This document shows positions 17,371 through 30,454 of a DNA stretch of 64,000 bases, in pieces. The stretch is from assembly GCF_009914755.1 (NCBI RefSeq), contig NC_060933.1, one strand, 5' to 3'. The first letter of the stretch is position 1. Each line of letters opens with the position of its first letter. Made by a program: the position numbers and the translations under genes. The stretch is from the human T2T-CHM13v2.0 reference genome, Homo sapiens. Below the pieces are notes generated by a model that was not told where the DNA came from, made no database searches, and worked only from the letters and a program-made list of their open reading frames with translations.

Positions 17371-18094
17371 AATAAAGTGGAGAAAATATCGGCCAAATAA
17401 TGAGCATTTAGGTTACAAAGTATTTGTTATATGAGGATTTTAGTTTTAAAATGATTTATTGTAGTAAGATTTGACTTTTCCAACAATTAAGTATTATTAC
17501 AATTTTATCTCTGAATTGCAATAGCTTTCCAGTTGCTAGAGGGCTGAACTTATTTAACGAATAGATTCCTCAGTGTAAGCGCTCTACACTTCCAGTGAAC
17601 AGAAGTAGAAAGGCATCAGCAGTTTATTACATGAACACTTTCACTCATGTCCTAGGATCCTCCTGAGAAGCTCAGCAGCAAGGTGGCTGATCCTGTTGTA
17701 AGGGCTTATTGACGCCAGATGCTGCAATTGAGATGAGTTTCCAAAGGTTAATGAATTATATGCATAACTGAAAATAGCAACATGTTTTCCTTCAGCAAAC
17801 AATTTTTCTGTAGTAGAGGGACTGCAGATCCGTACTTTCCAGTGAAGTTCCTCTGTGAAGGAACCTTCCTTAAGAGTTCACCTCTAGGGAGGCTTTTGAG
17901 TCCTCAAGTAGTTGATGAGAAATGAGTGCAATGTAATGACTGTAATTTTCTGATGGTGACAATAGTAAAGATTTCATAACTAGAGATCTTTATTTATTCT
18001 GCAAATACTTCAGGGCTCATCTTACATAGTTCAAGTCATTCGATTATACCCATCACTTCTTGGATTATTTTATATTGAGGATAAGTGTGAGATA

Positions 18095-18331
18095 CAATGA
18101 TTCTCAAAATTTATGGTACATCAAAATCACCAAAAGCCCTGAAGGACTTGTAAAAATGCTGCAGGTTTGGAGACAGGAGGCCAAGGTGGGAGGCATTCCC
18201 AGTTTTTGATTGTGTAGGTTTTTATGAAATCTGAGAATTCGCATTTGGTGGGATCCAGTAATTTGCATTTTCGTAAGCTCTCAGGTGACACTGATGCTGC
18301 TGGCCCAGGACCCACACTTTGAGAATCATTG
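18095..18331. mobile_element. MER5A (hAT-Charlie MITE)
   Basis: perfect 14-bp terminal inverted repeats caatgattctcaaa / tttgagaatcattg; 'gatgctgctggcccaggacccacactttgagaa'. Confidence 0.85.
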
Positions 18332-18342
18332 CTCCAGTTTCC

Positions 18343-18505
18343 TAGCCTCAGACTTGGCTACAGACTGGAACTGCCTAGAGAGTTTTCACACTACCACCAC
18401 CACCATTACCCTGGAATTTCTGATTTAACCAGTAGGGAGTGTGACCTTGTCACAGGGAATTTTAATGCAGGTAACTCAAAGTTGAAGGTATAATCCACTG
18501 CACTA
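18343..18505. mobile_element. MER5-family MITE (MER5A1/B-like)
   Basis: 'cttggctacagactggaactgcctagagag...ttctgatttaa...ccactgcactag'. Confidence 0.55.
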
Positions 18506-18787
18506 GCTTCCTCTGAGAGGTTATTAGAGTTCAGGAATTCAACCTTCAGACTTAAACACAAAGGACAGAATATAAATAGGAGAGACAAGGAGAAGGCTGA
18601 AATGGCAGCTTATTGCTATTCCACCTCAGAAAAGCCCCTTCTGGGGCAATAAAGACCCCAGAAAGAAAACCACACTAGCCATGTAGAATGACTACTGCTA
18701 ACACTTTTTCTTCTTTACAGCATCTAGTAAAACCATACAAGTACTTACCATCTGAGGAGGAATTCGTAGAACCAAGTTAATTAAGGG

Positions 18788-18944
18788 CAGTAATTCTCTT
18801 ACCTGGAGGGCTTGCTAAAACATACAGTACTGGGTCCTATCCGAAGAGTTCCTAGGGGATTGGACTGATGGAATTTATTTTTATTCCTAAAAAGTTCCCA
18901 GGTAATGTTGATGCTGCTGGTCAGGGATGACACTGAGAATTGCT
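18788..18944. mobile_element. MER5A, diverged
   Basis: 'acctggagggcttgctaaaacatacag...aagttcccaggtaatgttgatgctgctggtc'. Confidence 0.75.
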
Positions 18945-19314
18945 CTCAGGAATGAGAAGCTCAGGAAGACTTGCAACATAGAGATAGTTCTAGATGTGTC
19001 AAACAACCAAACAAGTTGTCTTGGAGATCTCACCCAATTAGTTCTAGGTTAACCAGGAGTAATTAGTGAAATTCATGGGGATGTACATAGGTATGATAAA
19101 GACAGTATGTATTCAGTAATTCTGTATTAGCTTAGGCCGAGTTTATTAAAGGCTATGTATTATGTAGTACATACTAAAATTTTCTTTTAAATTCTTGCAA
19201 TAAAAAAGAGCGTCAAATACATCATAGATAATAATTGAATTAATTCTGATTTAGCTCTTCAAAGATGATCTGGATTCCCAGCCAATGGGAAAGAAGATAT
19301 CTAGTATCCATTGA

Positions 19315-19619
19315 TTTTTTTTTTTTTTTTTTTTTTTTGAGATGGAGTCTCTATCTGTCACCCAGGCTGGAGTGCAATGGCGCGATCTTGGCTCACTGCA
19401 ACCTCCACTCCCGGATTCTAGCAATTCTCCCACCTCAGCCTCCGGAGTAGCTGGGACTACAGGCACATACCACCACAGCCAGCTAATTTTTGTATTTTTA
19501 GTAGAGACTGGGTTTCACCATGTTGGCCAGGCTGGTCTCGAACTTCTGATGTCAGGTGATTCACCCACCTCGGCCTCCCAAAGTGCTGAGATTACAGGCA
19601 TGAGCCACCGCATCCAGCT
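19315..19619 (-). mobile_element. AluSx/Sq, full length
   Basis: T24 tail, both arms present, degenerate TSD gtatccattg / gtatctattg. Confidence 0.95.
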
Positions 19620-20549
19620 GTATCTATTGCTCTTTATCCCTGCAATGCTACCAAATCAGCAGTTAATCATATTGGACATCTAATACTGATTTATTTTCTT
19701 AATAAATATATGCTGAAACCCTTAAGAGTCCTCAAATTTGAGAATTACTCTCTAGCACATAATTTACTCACTCTTCAATTAGCCAGACACTAGGTTAGGC
19801 ATTAATAATAAAATAGTCAATTAAAAATACAAGACATTATACCTATTTTCATGGAGATTAATGGGGAAGATAGACATCAGCCAACTAATTCATCTAGGAT
19901 ATTATTACAAAGTGGGATGCTGCAGTAAGAATGTTTTATTTTTTTAGAAGTGTGCCTGTTGTATAGGGATGGGGAGTATTTGAAGAGAAGTCTGATTTTA
20001 CATGCTCAAAACCACATTGTGCTATTAAACTAAAGAACATTAAGTAGATAAACACACACTGAGAGGCACATTCTCTGCCTGAGTGGCTTCAGTATAATTG
20101 GCCAAGAAAATTCAAATTTATGACTCAATGAAAGTACAAATCAGTACGTGTCACTAACCTTTAGGGAATATTGCTCGTGATTATATCTATGGATGTAAAA
20201 GTCACATATGCCAAAGATCTGCTGAGTTCGGTCAAGCTTATTTTTAAAGACATATTGGCAATCTCAGTTAAAACTGTCTTTTATTGTTGAGAAATTACAA
20301 GCCATTTCTTCTGATTCAAAATAAATATATGTAACAGTGACCTTTTTAGCAGCAATACTAATTTAGGTTAAATAATATTTGTCCAGTAGGTTATATTCAT
20401 ATTTATATTCTAAATATACCATGGGGTCCTAAAAAATGTGTTGTCAAATAATTCATTATTGTATACAGAAATATATTTTTGAATAGGTACTATGTAATAA
20501 GACAGCAGTTCTATGTTTTTATTCTCCCTTTCCCATGCACTTACTTTAT

Positions 20550-21030
20550 ACAGAGTGAACTTTTTATGAATTATAATACATACTGAGAATGGCACACATC
20601 CTAAATTTATAGGGTAACTAATTTTCACAAACGAAACATACCGATTTGAAGAGTTTTAGAAGGTAATGTGAAGGTCTCCCTTTTCATTTGTGCCAATTTA
20701 CACTGCTCATAGCAACAGATGAGAGTTTCAGTAGCTTCATATCCTTGCTAATATTTGTTATTTTCTTTCATTTTAGGGATTCTCGTGAAGTGTAGCAGCA
20801 TAGAATTGTGGTTTGAATTTGTAGTTCCCTGATGACTAATAGAATGAAATACGCTTTCACACGTGTTTTTGGATACTATCTTTTGTGAAGTATTTGGTGT
20901 AGGCTTTTACTTATTGATTCGTAGGAGTTTGATAAGTGGTATGGTACAAGTACTTTGTCACCTCCATCCACTGCAAGTATCTTCTCCCATTCTGAGGGGT
21001 ATCTTTTCACTATGGTAACTTTGTCTTCCT
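20550..21030 (-). mobile_element. old L1 (L1ME-like) fragment
   Basis: ORF 20876-21100 contains the ORF2 remnant VKRYPSEWEKI...DKVLV. Confidence 0.7.
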
Positions 21031-21974
21031 GGCTGTATATACCCACTCTGCTTTTCAGATTCCCTAGTATGCTTTCTAGCAACACCTCAAACAGCTTCAA
21101 AATTTGACAAATGCATTGAGGGAAAACACTGGTGTTTGAGCCCCTGAGTTACCAATTTTACTACCCCAGCCTCATTAACCTACCAACGTATTGTAGTTCC
21201 CTTTACATCAACCTCCAGCAGTAACTCTCTATTTAGTAAAAGCCTCTAGTTTTTTTGTTTTTGTTTTTTACTTGAGCAGCTTTTTTATGCCATTAACTAT
21301 AAACAAAATTTCCCCAGCTTTTCTATTTGTTCTCAGTGTGGCTGTTAATTGTTCAGAAGTCACACATCCTACTTGGAAGTTGAATCTGTACCACATACCA
21401 GATTTCATTTATAAAGCACCTCAAATCCTGATTAAAAATAAGTAAATATGTGAGAGACCAGGATACTGAATCAACTCCTAACTTAAAAATGACACAGAGT
21501 GAATCATCCAAACCAGACAGTAACAGTCAAGAATAAAGATGATAATTTGAAATACAAACTTTTAGGAATTAGATTAAACTTGGAGTGTTTATTTTTGTTT
21601 CTGTTTGTGATATGCTATGTGTTTTTGAGAAAGAGCAAAACAGAGCAGCCATCTGGAAGCCAAAAGACTCAGTTCTCATAGCCTGTCCTATTTATGATAA
21701 GCTGTTATTTAATCTCCCTGGGACTTCATCTTTTTGATGTATGAAATGAAAACTTGAAGCTAACTCATGGAGGGTCATTTTTTGCCTTTGAAAATTGGTT
21801 TCTGCAATCTTTCCTTTTCAACTTATTTTTAAGTCTAGAGAACTAAACTCAAAATATTAGTTGTTGCTTTGGACCAAAGAAGAAGCAAACTGAGAGTATT
21901 TACTCTTCAAATTCACTCATGGTTTGATATGACAGACAATGTAGTAATTTACTGGGGACACTTTCCTAAATATG

Positions 21975-22215
21975 GAGAGTAATATAGCATAATAGCTAAG
22001 GGTGATGACTCTGAAGCCATACTGTCCAGGCTCAAAACTGTCTAGGCTCAAAACTGTCTAGGCTCGAAACTGTCCAGGTTCAAATCCCAGCTTCAACACT
22101 TATCAGATGTGTGATCGTGAACCAGTGACTTGACCCTTTATTAATATTTAAAATGAGCATTTAAAAGTTAAATTTGTAAAATACTTGGAACTATGTCAAG
22201 CAAACAGTAATTAAT
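21975..22215 (+). mobile_element. MIR with internal 16-bp x4 minisatellite
   Basis: 'gactctgaagcca...ggttcaaatcccagct...tgtgtga' MIR 5' region; repeat at 22021-22084. Confidence 0.75.
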
Positions 22216-23599
22216 ATAAAAGTTTTATAAAGAGAGAAAACATTATATATACACCCATTTTTTACAGTATACAGTTCACATGAAAATATCTTCTTGGTAT
22301 TATTTTTAATTGGAATTTAATAAATACTTGCTCTTAGTGGAAAATTCTTGTTTATTTTCTGAGAAAATTGAACATGGTCATGAGATTACATTGCTACTTA
22401 AAGGAGCTTCACTAAATATGCATAGCTGGGTTAAAATTTTCATTATTCTTCAGTAAGCTTTGTTTTCTTAGTTCAGAATATGTCTTTATTGGAGTCAAAA
22501 TGTCAAGGAAAAGGAAAAAGCAAAATAAAATAGTCATTCTTCTGAATCTTCTGCTCTCAGTACTTAGTAATCCTGAAATAATTTCCCCTCCCACCCCAGG
22601 GGAGAATAAAAAGTTTAGAGGGCTACTTTCATTACTTTTTGTCACATCTGCCCTTCTATCTTTTTTCAAGTCCCAGTCAGGCTCCTAAACTAAAATCCAG
22701 AAATACATCAAGAAACGCAGATCTGATGTTGGGAATAAGAAGAAGCCCTAAATCCTAACATCTATCCTAACTTCAAAATCCCCTGCAACGTTTCCCTTAT
22801 CACTTGGTCTTCTTTAGTCCCTTGAAGAATTTGGCTTCACAGTCTGAAGAATAATATTGAAGGAACTGAGAAAGTTTTAGGTAGAATCGAAGTCCAGCCT
22901 GTATCATCTAAAATACCATATTAGAAGCAAAAGCACTTTATTTGAAATTAAATTTTTAACATTGTTTTCAAAGTAGCAGATTAGTGAGAACTATCAAGTT
23001 TTTTATAGTTATTTGTCTTTCCATTTTCTAGATTTGTTTTAAAATTTATCATAGGCAGCCTCAAGATAAGTAGATTGTGACTTTATTTATGTGAAGTTTT
23101 TAATCACAGGAGTTGAGATGGCTTGTCAGACTAACTTTCTGTTTTCCAGTTTTTCTCTTTTGAGTCCTATTCCACAGAAGTCCAGGATTTTCTTTACGAT
23201 GGTTCTTACAGTGCATTCTCACATCCTTGGTTCCCAGTTTTGCTTTGAAGCATCAGCCTGGAGTCTTTAATCTAAAACTCAATATGGGTAACACTTTCAG
23301 GAAAGACGCTAAAGTTTAAATTTTCATATATATTATTGAATTTGAATTAAGACATTTTTGAGATCCAAGGTAACAGGCTTTTGTCTAGAATTGGATCAGA
23401 CTGTACACAATTCACATTAACTTTTTTTCTTTTTTGAGCAAGATTAAAATCTGAAAAGCATGCTCCTTCTGAGGGATGTGTGCAGGAGGTGAATTGAATA
23501 CATATTCTGAAATGGCTAAGGGTACTGGGATGTTGGGCCTATATAAAGGAGAATATTCATGAGGAAGCTGTAGTAAGATTGATACTTTACCCAGGTCTC

Positions 23600-24082
23600 C
23601 CAGGATCATTTATACCATTATTTTGTGTACTCCCATCCCTCACCTTCTGTGTGGTTTTGCTTTTTCGTAACCAATGTCTGTTGCTTTTCTTTAAAGGATG
23701 GCCCTTGAGCTACTGGAATAAAGTTGCCCTTTTCCCCTTAAGTATAGAGGGTCACAAGTGCTCCGGGACTCTTATCCCTCGGTGTATTGGCTGTTACCCA
23801 AATTACTGACAAATTTAGAGTCAGGAGAGCTCAACTGACTTTCTTCAGGATGTACAACTCTTAGTGGAAGTTATGCTCTAGAAATGCCCTGAAGAATCAA
23901 GCTGAAGCTCACCCCTTCAGAAGACCTTGCATGACAGCTCACCCTTGATTTACTTAATACCACCCTTGTCCAACTTTTCTCCTTCATTTTTCTCATTCTT
24001 TCCTGGATTACTCCCTTAATAAATCACTTGCTAACACATCTTCCTATTACAGACCGCTTCTGGTTTAACCCCATCTAAGACA
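23600..24082 (+). mobile_element. ERVL solo LTR (LTR16-like)
   Basis: 3' end 'cttaataaatcacttgc...gcttctggtttaaccccatctaagaca'; 5' boundary approximate. Confidence 0.65.
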
Positions 24083-24105
24083 CAGGACAAGATAATCTAA
24101 AATAT

Positions 24106-24290
24106 TCATTAAGTCATTCACATACATTCATGCAACAAATATTTATTAAGAGCTTTCTGCGGACCCAGAGCTGTGCAATGCTGAAAAAGTGGTGAAAAGT
24201 CAGGAAACTGGAAACGACGAACAGTAAGTCAATAACTTCACATAATTAGTTGGTTGCTAATTATGACAAATGTTATGGAAAAAAAGAACA
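24106..24290 (-). mobile_element. L2 3' end
   Basis: cattcatgcaacaaatatttattaagagc. Confidence 0.7.
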
Positions 24291-24329
24291 TAGGCTTTCT
24301 AAATGTCATTCATCAGAAAGAAAGAGTTT

Positions 24330-24640
24330 ACACCTATCCTAAGAGGCTTCAATGGACAGATCTAGGGGAAATGGATGGAAGTTACAAAAAAGTAAATTTT
24401 AGCTGAATATAAGAAGAAAATTTTAGCAATCAGTCCCATCTAGAGTTTTGTTGTTGTTGTTGTTGTTGTTGCTGCTGCTGCTGTCGGAAAAAAAAAAAAA
24501 AAAAGCTCTTATGAGAGATGAGGAATCTCCATCATTGGAGATATTTTTGATTAAGCCTTAAAAACATTTATTATGTCCAGGAGAATCAAGCTTAAGTTGG
24601 ACTGGATGAATTAGCTGAAATCTTAAAATCTACAACTCTA
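24330..24640 (+). mobile_element. L3/CR1 3' fragment
   Basis: 'aaatggatggaagttacaaaaaagtaaattttagctgaatataagaagaaa'. Confidence 0.55.
24448..24504. repeat. compound (GTT)n(GCT)n plus A17 run
   Basis: read directly. Confidence 0.9.
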
Positions 24641-24765
24641 CTTATTATGCTGACGCTAGGTAGTATATTAGAAGAAAACATGAGAACAGCTCAGAAGGCA
24701 CCAAACGATTTTAATCTGAAGTGTTAAAGTAAATGTCAGAGGGAAGTTTAGTAAAATAAGTAACT

Positions 24766-24905
24766 GGAGGGATAGCATTAGGAGAAATACCTAATGTAGA
24801 TGACGGGTTGATGGATGCAGCAAACCACCATGACACATGAATACCTATGTAACAAACCTGCACGTTCTACACACGTACCCCAGAACTTAAAGTATAATAA
24901 AAAAA
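24766..24905 (+). mobile_element. L1PA6-8 extreme 3' fragment (~140 bp)
   Basis: ggagggatagcattaggagaaatacctaatgtagatgacgggttgatgg...cagaacttaaagtataata; no clear TSD. Confidence 0.9.
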
Positions 24906-25432
24906 GATTAAAATGTTTGTCATAAACTTTGCCAAACTGTAAAAATCACTTTCAGCCATCATATTTGACCTACTTATAAAATAAAAATAAACCTGTACTT
25001 ATTTGTAGAATTAATTTCCCTTCATTCAAAATACGAATGTAGGAAATCACTTATGAGACACTGATGGAAAGAAAGGCAATATGAAATCTGAAAGGTCATT
25101 GGTCTTATTTTGTATTCCTATATCATAAAATCCACTGTCTTTTGTTAGATAGTCATAGCATGTGAATATGTACTGTGACACTTCTTAAGTGCTACAGGGA
25201 TGACCACTTTGGGTCATCTGTCCATGTATATACAGTAAATATATATATATATGTATTACATACATAATACATTATATACATATGCATTTTTCTATGTATG
25301 TTGTTCATAACATCAGTACACGTCAGGTCATTCTATAATGCAGGTATATGTTACTAGAAATAACTTGACATGTACCCTCGTTACAAACAACATACATAGA
25401 AAAAATACATATGTGTGTAAATGTTAAAATTA

Positions 25433-25751
<319 letters not shown>

Positions 25752-28327
25752 TAAATATTACATTAGTGTTCCCCTTATTAATATGGAAAATTTTGAGGAT
25801 ATAAGCCATGTCTGTATTGTTTATTATTGTATCTTCAACATCTAAAGTAGCATCTGGTACAAGGTAAATGAAAAATAATTATTTGGTAATAAACACAAGA
25901 GTAAAGTGACATATGTGGTGTGTAGACACACACATATAGTGCACAAAAGAGGGGTATTATTGTAAGTAGTAGTTCTTCATCATGACTTAGTTGTATTTAT
26001 TTAGTTTTAGAGTAATTTGTTTCCTCTAAATTAACAAGGTCTTTTCCAGGCAAGAAAACAAATGTCAGCTTCCTATGAGTGACCACTGATGCTTCACTTT
26101 TAGCTAAAATAATAGGAAGAAGAAACGATCTTGGTCATGTCGGCCTATATTTTTAAGATATTTTATTAGTAAAATATTTTAGATGCTATGGAGAATTAGG
26201 AAAAAAAATCTCTTGAGTAAAGAATGGAAAATTTATAACCAAATGTTGAGTCTGTATGAAAGTCCATAATGAGATCGTTTCTGTGGTAATGAGCTTTAGG
26301 TGAGCTTTATACTTTTGCCCCCCAGTGTCTTCGTACTCCACCCTTTGCCATCACCTCTGGAGCCAACGTAATTTTGCTCCATATAAATCACTCTCATTAG
26401 GTGAACTAGGTTGTGTTGATGAGTGCAGCTTGAACTAGATTTATAAAGTGACAGAAAGGTAGAATTCTCAATTTATTCCAATATTTTGTATGATCTTCTA
26501 GGAACAGCTTTATGATGTGGTAATTGGGCAATAGTTCAGCATTCTGATAGCCCCGGGAGATTCAATTCCACAGTAACAAAAGATATTTAAAAAGTATATC
26601 TTTTTATTTAAAGAGTATACTGAACATCAATGCATTTATTTTACTTTTCTTAAAAATCTGAGAAATACTTCAATATCTGTATTTTTTAATCTTTTTATTC
26701 AATATTGTTCAAGCTTGGAGCACTGACTCACCAAAGGGTGATGTAGGAGGCGTCAAGCTCCACTGGGCTAGCTAAGTTCTGTACATCACTGATTACTACC
26801 CTGATGACTTCTCTATTCAGGCCCGGAAGTCAGATTTGCCTCTTTGTAAGGAAACCGCAGGACTGACAGCACACAATGAATCATGCCTAACAACATGCTG
26901 ACAAGCTGGCAAGAGACAGCCTGTACAGTGACAAATACAGGTGACAACAAGTGTAAACATCTGTTTGGTAGAATTTATGAGAAAAGAATACAAACAAGGA
27001 GACTTGTTCTTTCATTTTATAAGAGAATTTAGAGACTCTTTCCTTTCTATTCAATAGCAGCAACGTAAGGAATACATATTAGCCCTCAAGATTTATTTAT
27101 TACAAGCACAACTAGATTATAAATGGTCTGTGCAGATTAGCATTTTGATTATCAAACCGCTGTTCCAAATATCTGATGAACAGATATTAGAATAGTTCTT
27201 AAACATACTGATTAAACACACATTGATGCTGCTATTTTTAACACTTGCTTATATTCAGGGGTAAATCAGCTTCCTTAAAGCTTAAAGTGAAAAATATAAA
27301 AGATATGTAACCCTACCAGTCATTTCTCAGGGAGACAAAGATCCAAATCCTCACTTTTGATTCAATATTGGGGATTAAATAAACAATTTTTAAAAGGAGG
27401 TCAACAGATTAACATGTCCATTATTACGTGTTCAAATAGCTTATGCAGTAATCAAATTTTTCATTTCACCATCAGCCTGTCATTCCCCACATTTGCCTTT
27501 GTCTATAACATAAAGCACCATAATTTTCTCAGTTCTAGAACAAGTTCTCAATGTAAAAATTTTGTTTCTTAACAATTATAATAGCAAAACAACAACAAAA
27601 ATAACAATAATAAATCTTTTCAATAATTAGTTCAAAAATTAGTTCAATAATTAATCTCCCCGCTTCCTCCGCAGGAGATTTTGTATCAGACTGACAATCA
27701 CTGCTGCACAGATGAACTTTCACAAACGGTAATGTGTTGCATTGTTCAGGTGATTTGGGCAGAATAAAAGTTAAGACACTTTAGTTTTTAACAATTTGAT
27801 TTTATCCCCTTTACAGCTCTTGATTTGAGCTGTATTGTCTTATAATTGTAATTGTTGGTTTCTCTTTTTTCTCTGTTATACTGGAATGACTTTGAGGGTA
27901 GGACATGTGCTTTTCACATAGTAAATGCCTATTTTAATGATTAATATACTAATGTCATTTAATGTCAAATAAAATAAACTAGGCTGGAGTAAAATGGACC
28001 TCGTTGTTTTCCTCTAGCCTGAATGGCCCAGCCCCTGACCCTGAATCACTTTTACTAGTTTCTTTTATTTCCATTCTTTCTTTCTTTTTTAAATTGATTG
28101 AGTTATTGGATATTTATTGAGTATCCACTATGTATCAGGCAAAAGGAACAGAAACAAATGGTCTGTTCAAAGTTACTTTTAACTCTTTCAGCAATGTCTC
28201 ATCATAAAAAAAAAAAAAAAAAACCATTCTTCTGAGAGTACACGTTCATTATCTGGTTACTCTTCATACACTCAAGTGTCCTTCCAAATACTGCATAATG
28301 CTGAGACTACTTAACCTTCCAATCGTT

Positions 28328-28631
<304 letters not shown>

Positions 28632-28997
28632 TCCAATCATTGTCTAAAAGACTAGAGGAATTACCATTGTTTTCACCTCTGTTTGACAAAGCAGTAATCA
28701 ATGGAGTAAAATCCTTCCTTTTAATGGCAGTGGAACAGCATGATACTTGATGGTGTCAGATGTCCATTTTTAGTAAAAAACAAACACTGGGCTATACATG
28801 CTATGCCAATCAGTGAACTTCTGAGAACACAGTTTTCCTTCCTTATATTATCTGAATACAAAGCATCAGTTACAAGGAGTTTGTAAGCAATTTTAGTAGG
28901 CTAAAATCAAAGTGCAGTCAATGATGCATATGTCTTCAAAGTATCAGAAACTTGAAGCAGTGTCTGTAAATGAAGTTTGCCAATACTCCAGAGCAAC

Positions 28998-30454
28998 TGA
29001 GGCAGTATAGGGAAGAGACTTGATCCTGACAAGTCACATAGGTGAAATGGTAACCAAAGTCCGGATGGGTCTTACGTGCCTGGGTATATTCCCTCCCCTG
29101 CCTTCTTGCCTTCCTTAAGAAGCTAAACCAAATCACATAGCAGGAAGAGTCTCCTAACTTAGCTGACTGGGCTAAATTCCTAACCATAAAAGGAAAATCC
29201 TAACCATTTGTCTCTTTTGGGCAATGTTTGCCGAAGTCACTGAAGCAACACTCTGGCATTCTAGATAAGAATCTGACCAGATGCAGTGGCATAAATACAA
29301 GATGGACTCTGGCGCTGTCCTTTCACTGACTCTCCTCATTACACTCTCATCATAATGCTAAATTCTTTGCCCAAGACAGGCCTTATATGGTCCTGCAGTG
29401 CATATTAGAGCATGACATCTTACTGCACAAGGCAGGAGAAAGGTCCACCTAAACATGTTTCTGCGTTATTCCCTTTTCTTGCCTCAGCTTCCTTAAAGTG
29501 ACAAAGGCCAAGCCCCTTGGGGACCTGGCATCTGTTTCACTTTCCCCAGCACTCCTCCCTTGTGCATTGGAGACACAAGCTTACTAAACCTGAAACCGCC
29601 TTTGCAAAAATTATAACTGAGGAAATTATGACAATGAACGAGATCAGACCTAATCAACTTCATCTTGCTTCTAACCTTTAAGCTGTCCTTATTCATTCCT
29701 GGGCATAGGCTGAACTAACCTTGGGAAGGAGTTCAGTTTATAGTTTAACTCTGAAAACAAAATTGATAATATTCCTTACCTGAAAAACAAAAACAAACAA
29801 GTAAAAAAACCCTCCTTGCCTGACGACCAGTATGCCTTTGTAAGACTTACAAATTAGCTACAAGATTAGGAATTATTATTTAGGGGCCATTCAGTCCCTG
29901 GTTGCAAGAGTTTGAGCCTCTTCAAATTGCTCCTGTGAATAACATCAGTATTGTAACACCTAAGATCAATGCTTGAGATATTTTGCAGATCCTGCACTCA
30001 TGCACCAGCTGACACCACCCAGACAGGTAATCTAACTCAACCCCTTCTGCAATCCCACCAGGAACAGAAGACAGCAACAAAAACTCACTTAGACTCCAGA
30101 TGATTCCATCTCTAAACTTACTAACCAGTGTTTCCCATTTCCGGAGCCCCTACCCACCAAATTATCTTTAAAAACTCAGATCCCTGAATGCTCCAGAGAC
30201 TGATTTGAGTAGTAATAAAACTCCGGTCTCCCACACAGCTGGCTCTGCATGAATTACTCTTTTTCTATTGCAATTTCCCTGTCTTCATAAATCTGCTCTG
30301 TCTAGAGCCGATAAATCAGCAGCGGGCAAGGTGAACTGCCCACTGCCTAGTGGGCGGTTACAAACTTTTCCTGAAGGGAAAAAAATACCTCCCTTTGGTC
30401 TCTTATTTTTACTTACACAAGAGTCAAAGTACTCAGGGTTCCTGTGCGGTAACA
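28998..30454 (+). mobile_element. ERV1-class solo LTR (family uncertain), interrupted by LTR8
   Basis: TG...CA termini (tgaggcag / gcggtaaca), near-TSD caac / aaac, LTR-like composition. Confidence 0.65.
29591..30362 (+). mobile_element. LTR8 (LTR8A/B-like) solo LTR
   Basis: starts tgaaaccgcctttgcaaaaattataactgag, AATAAA at ~30214, ends gggcggttaca; near-TSD aacc / aact. Confidence 0.9.

Noticed and set aside
22021-22084. CRISPR-like repeat array
   Set aside because: No spacers; a eukaryotic tandem repeat inside a MIR
26700-26900. tRNA-like or MamSINE-like sequence with ETS motif ccggaagt
   Set aside because: No cloverleaf; resemblance too weak to call and a single motif is uninformative
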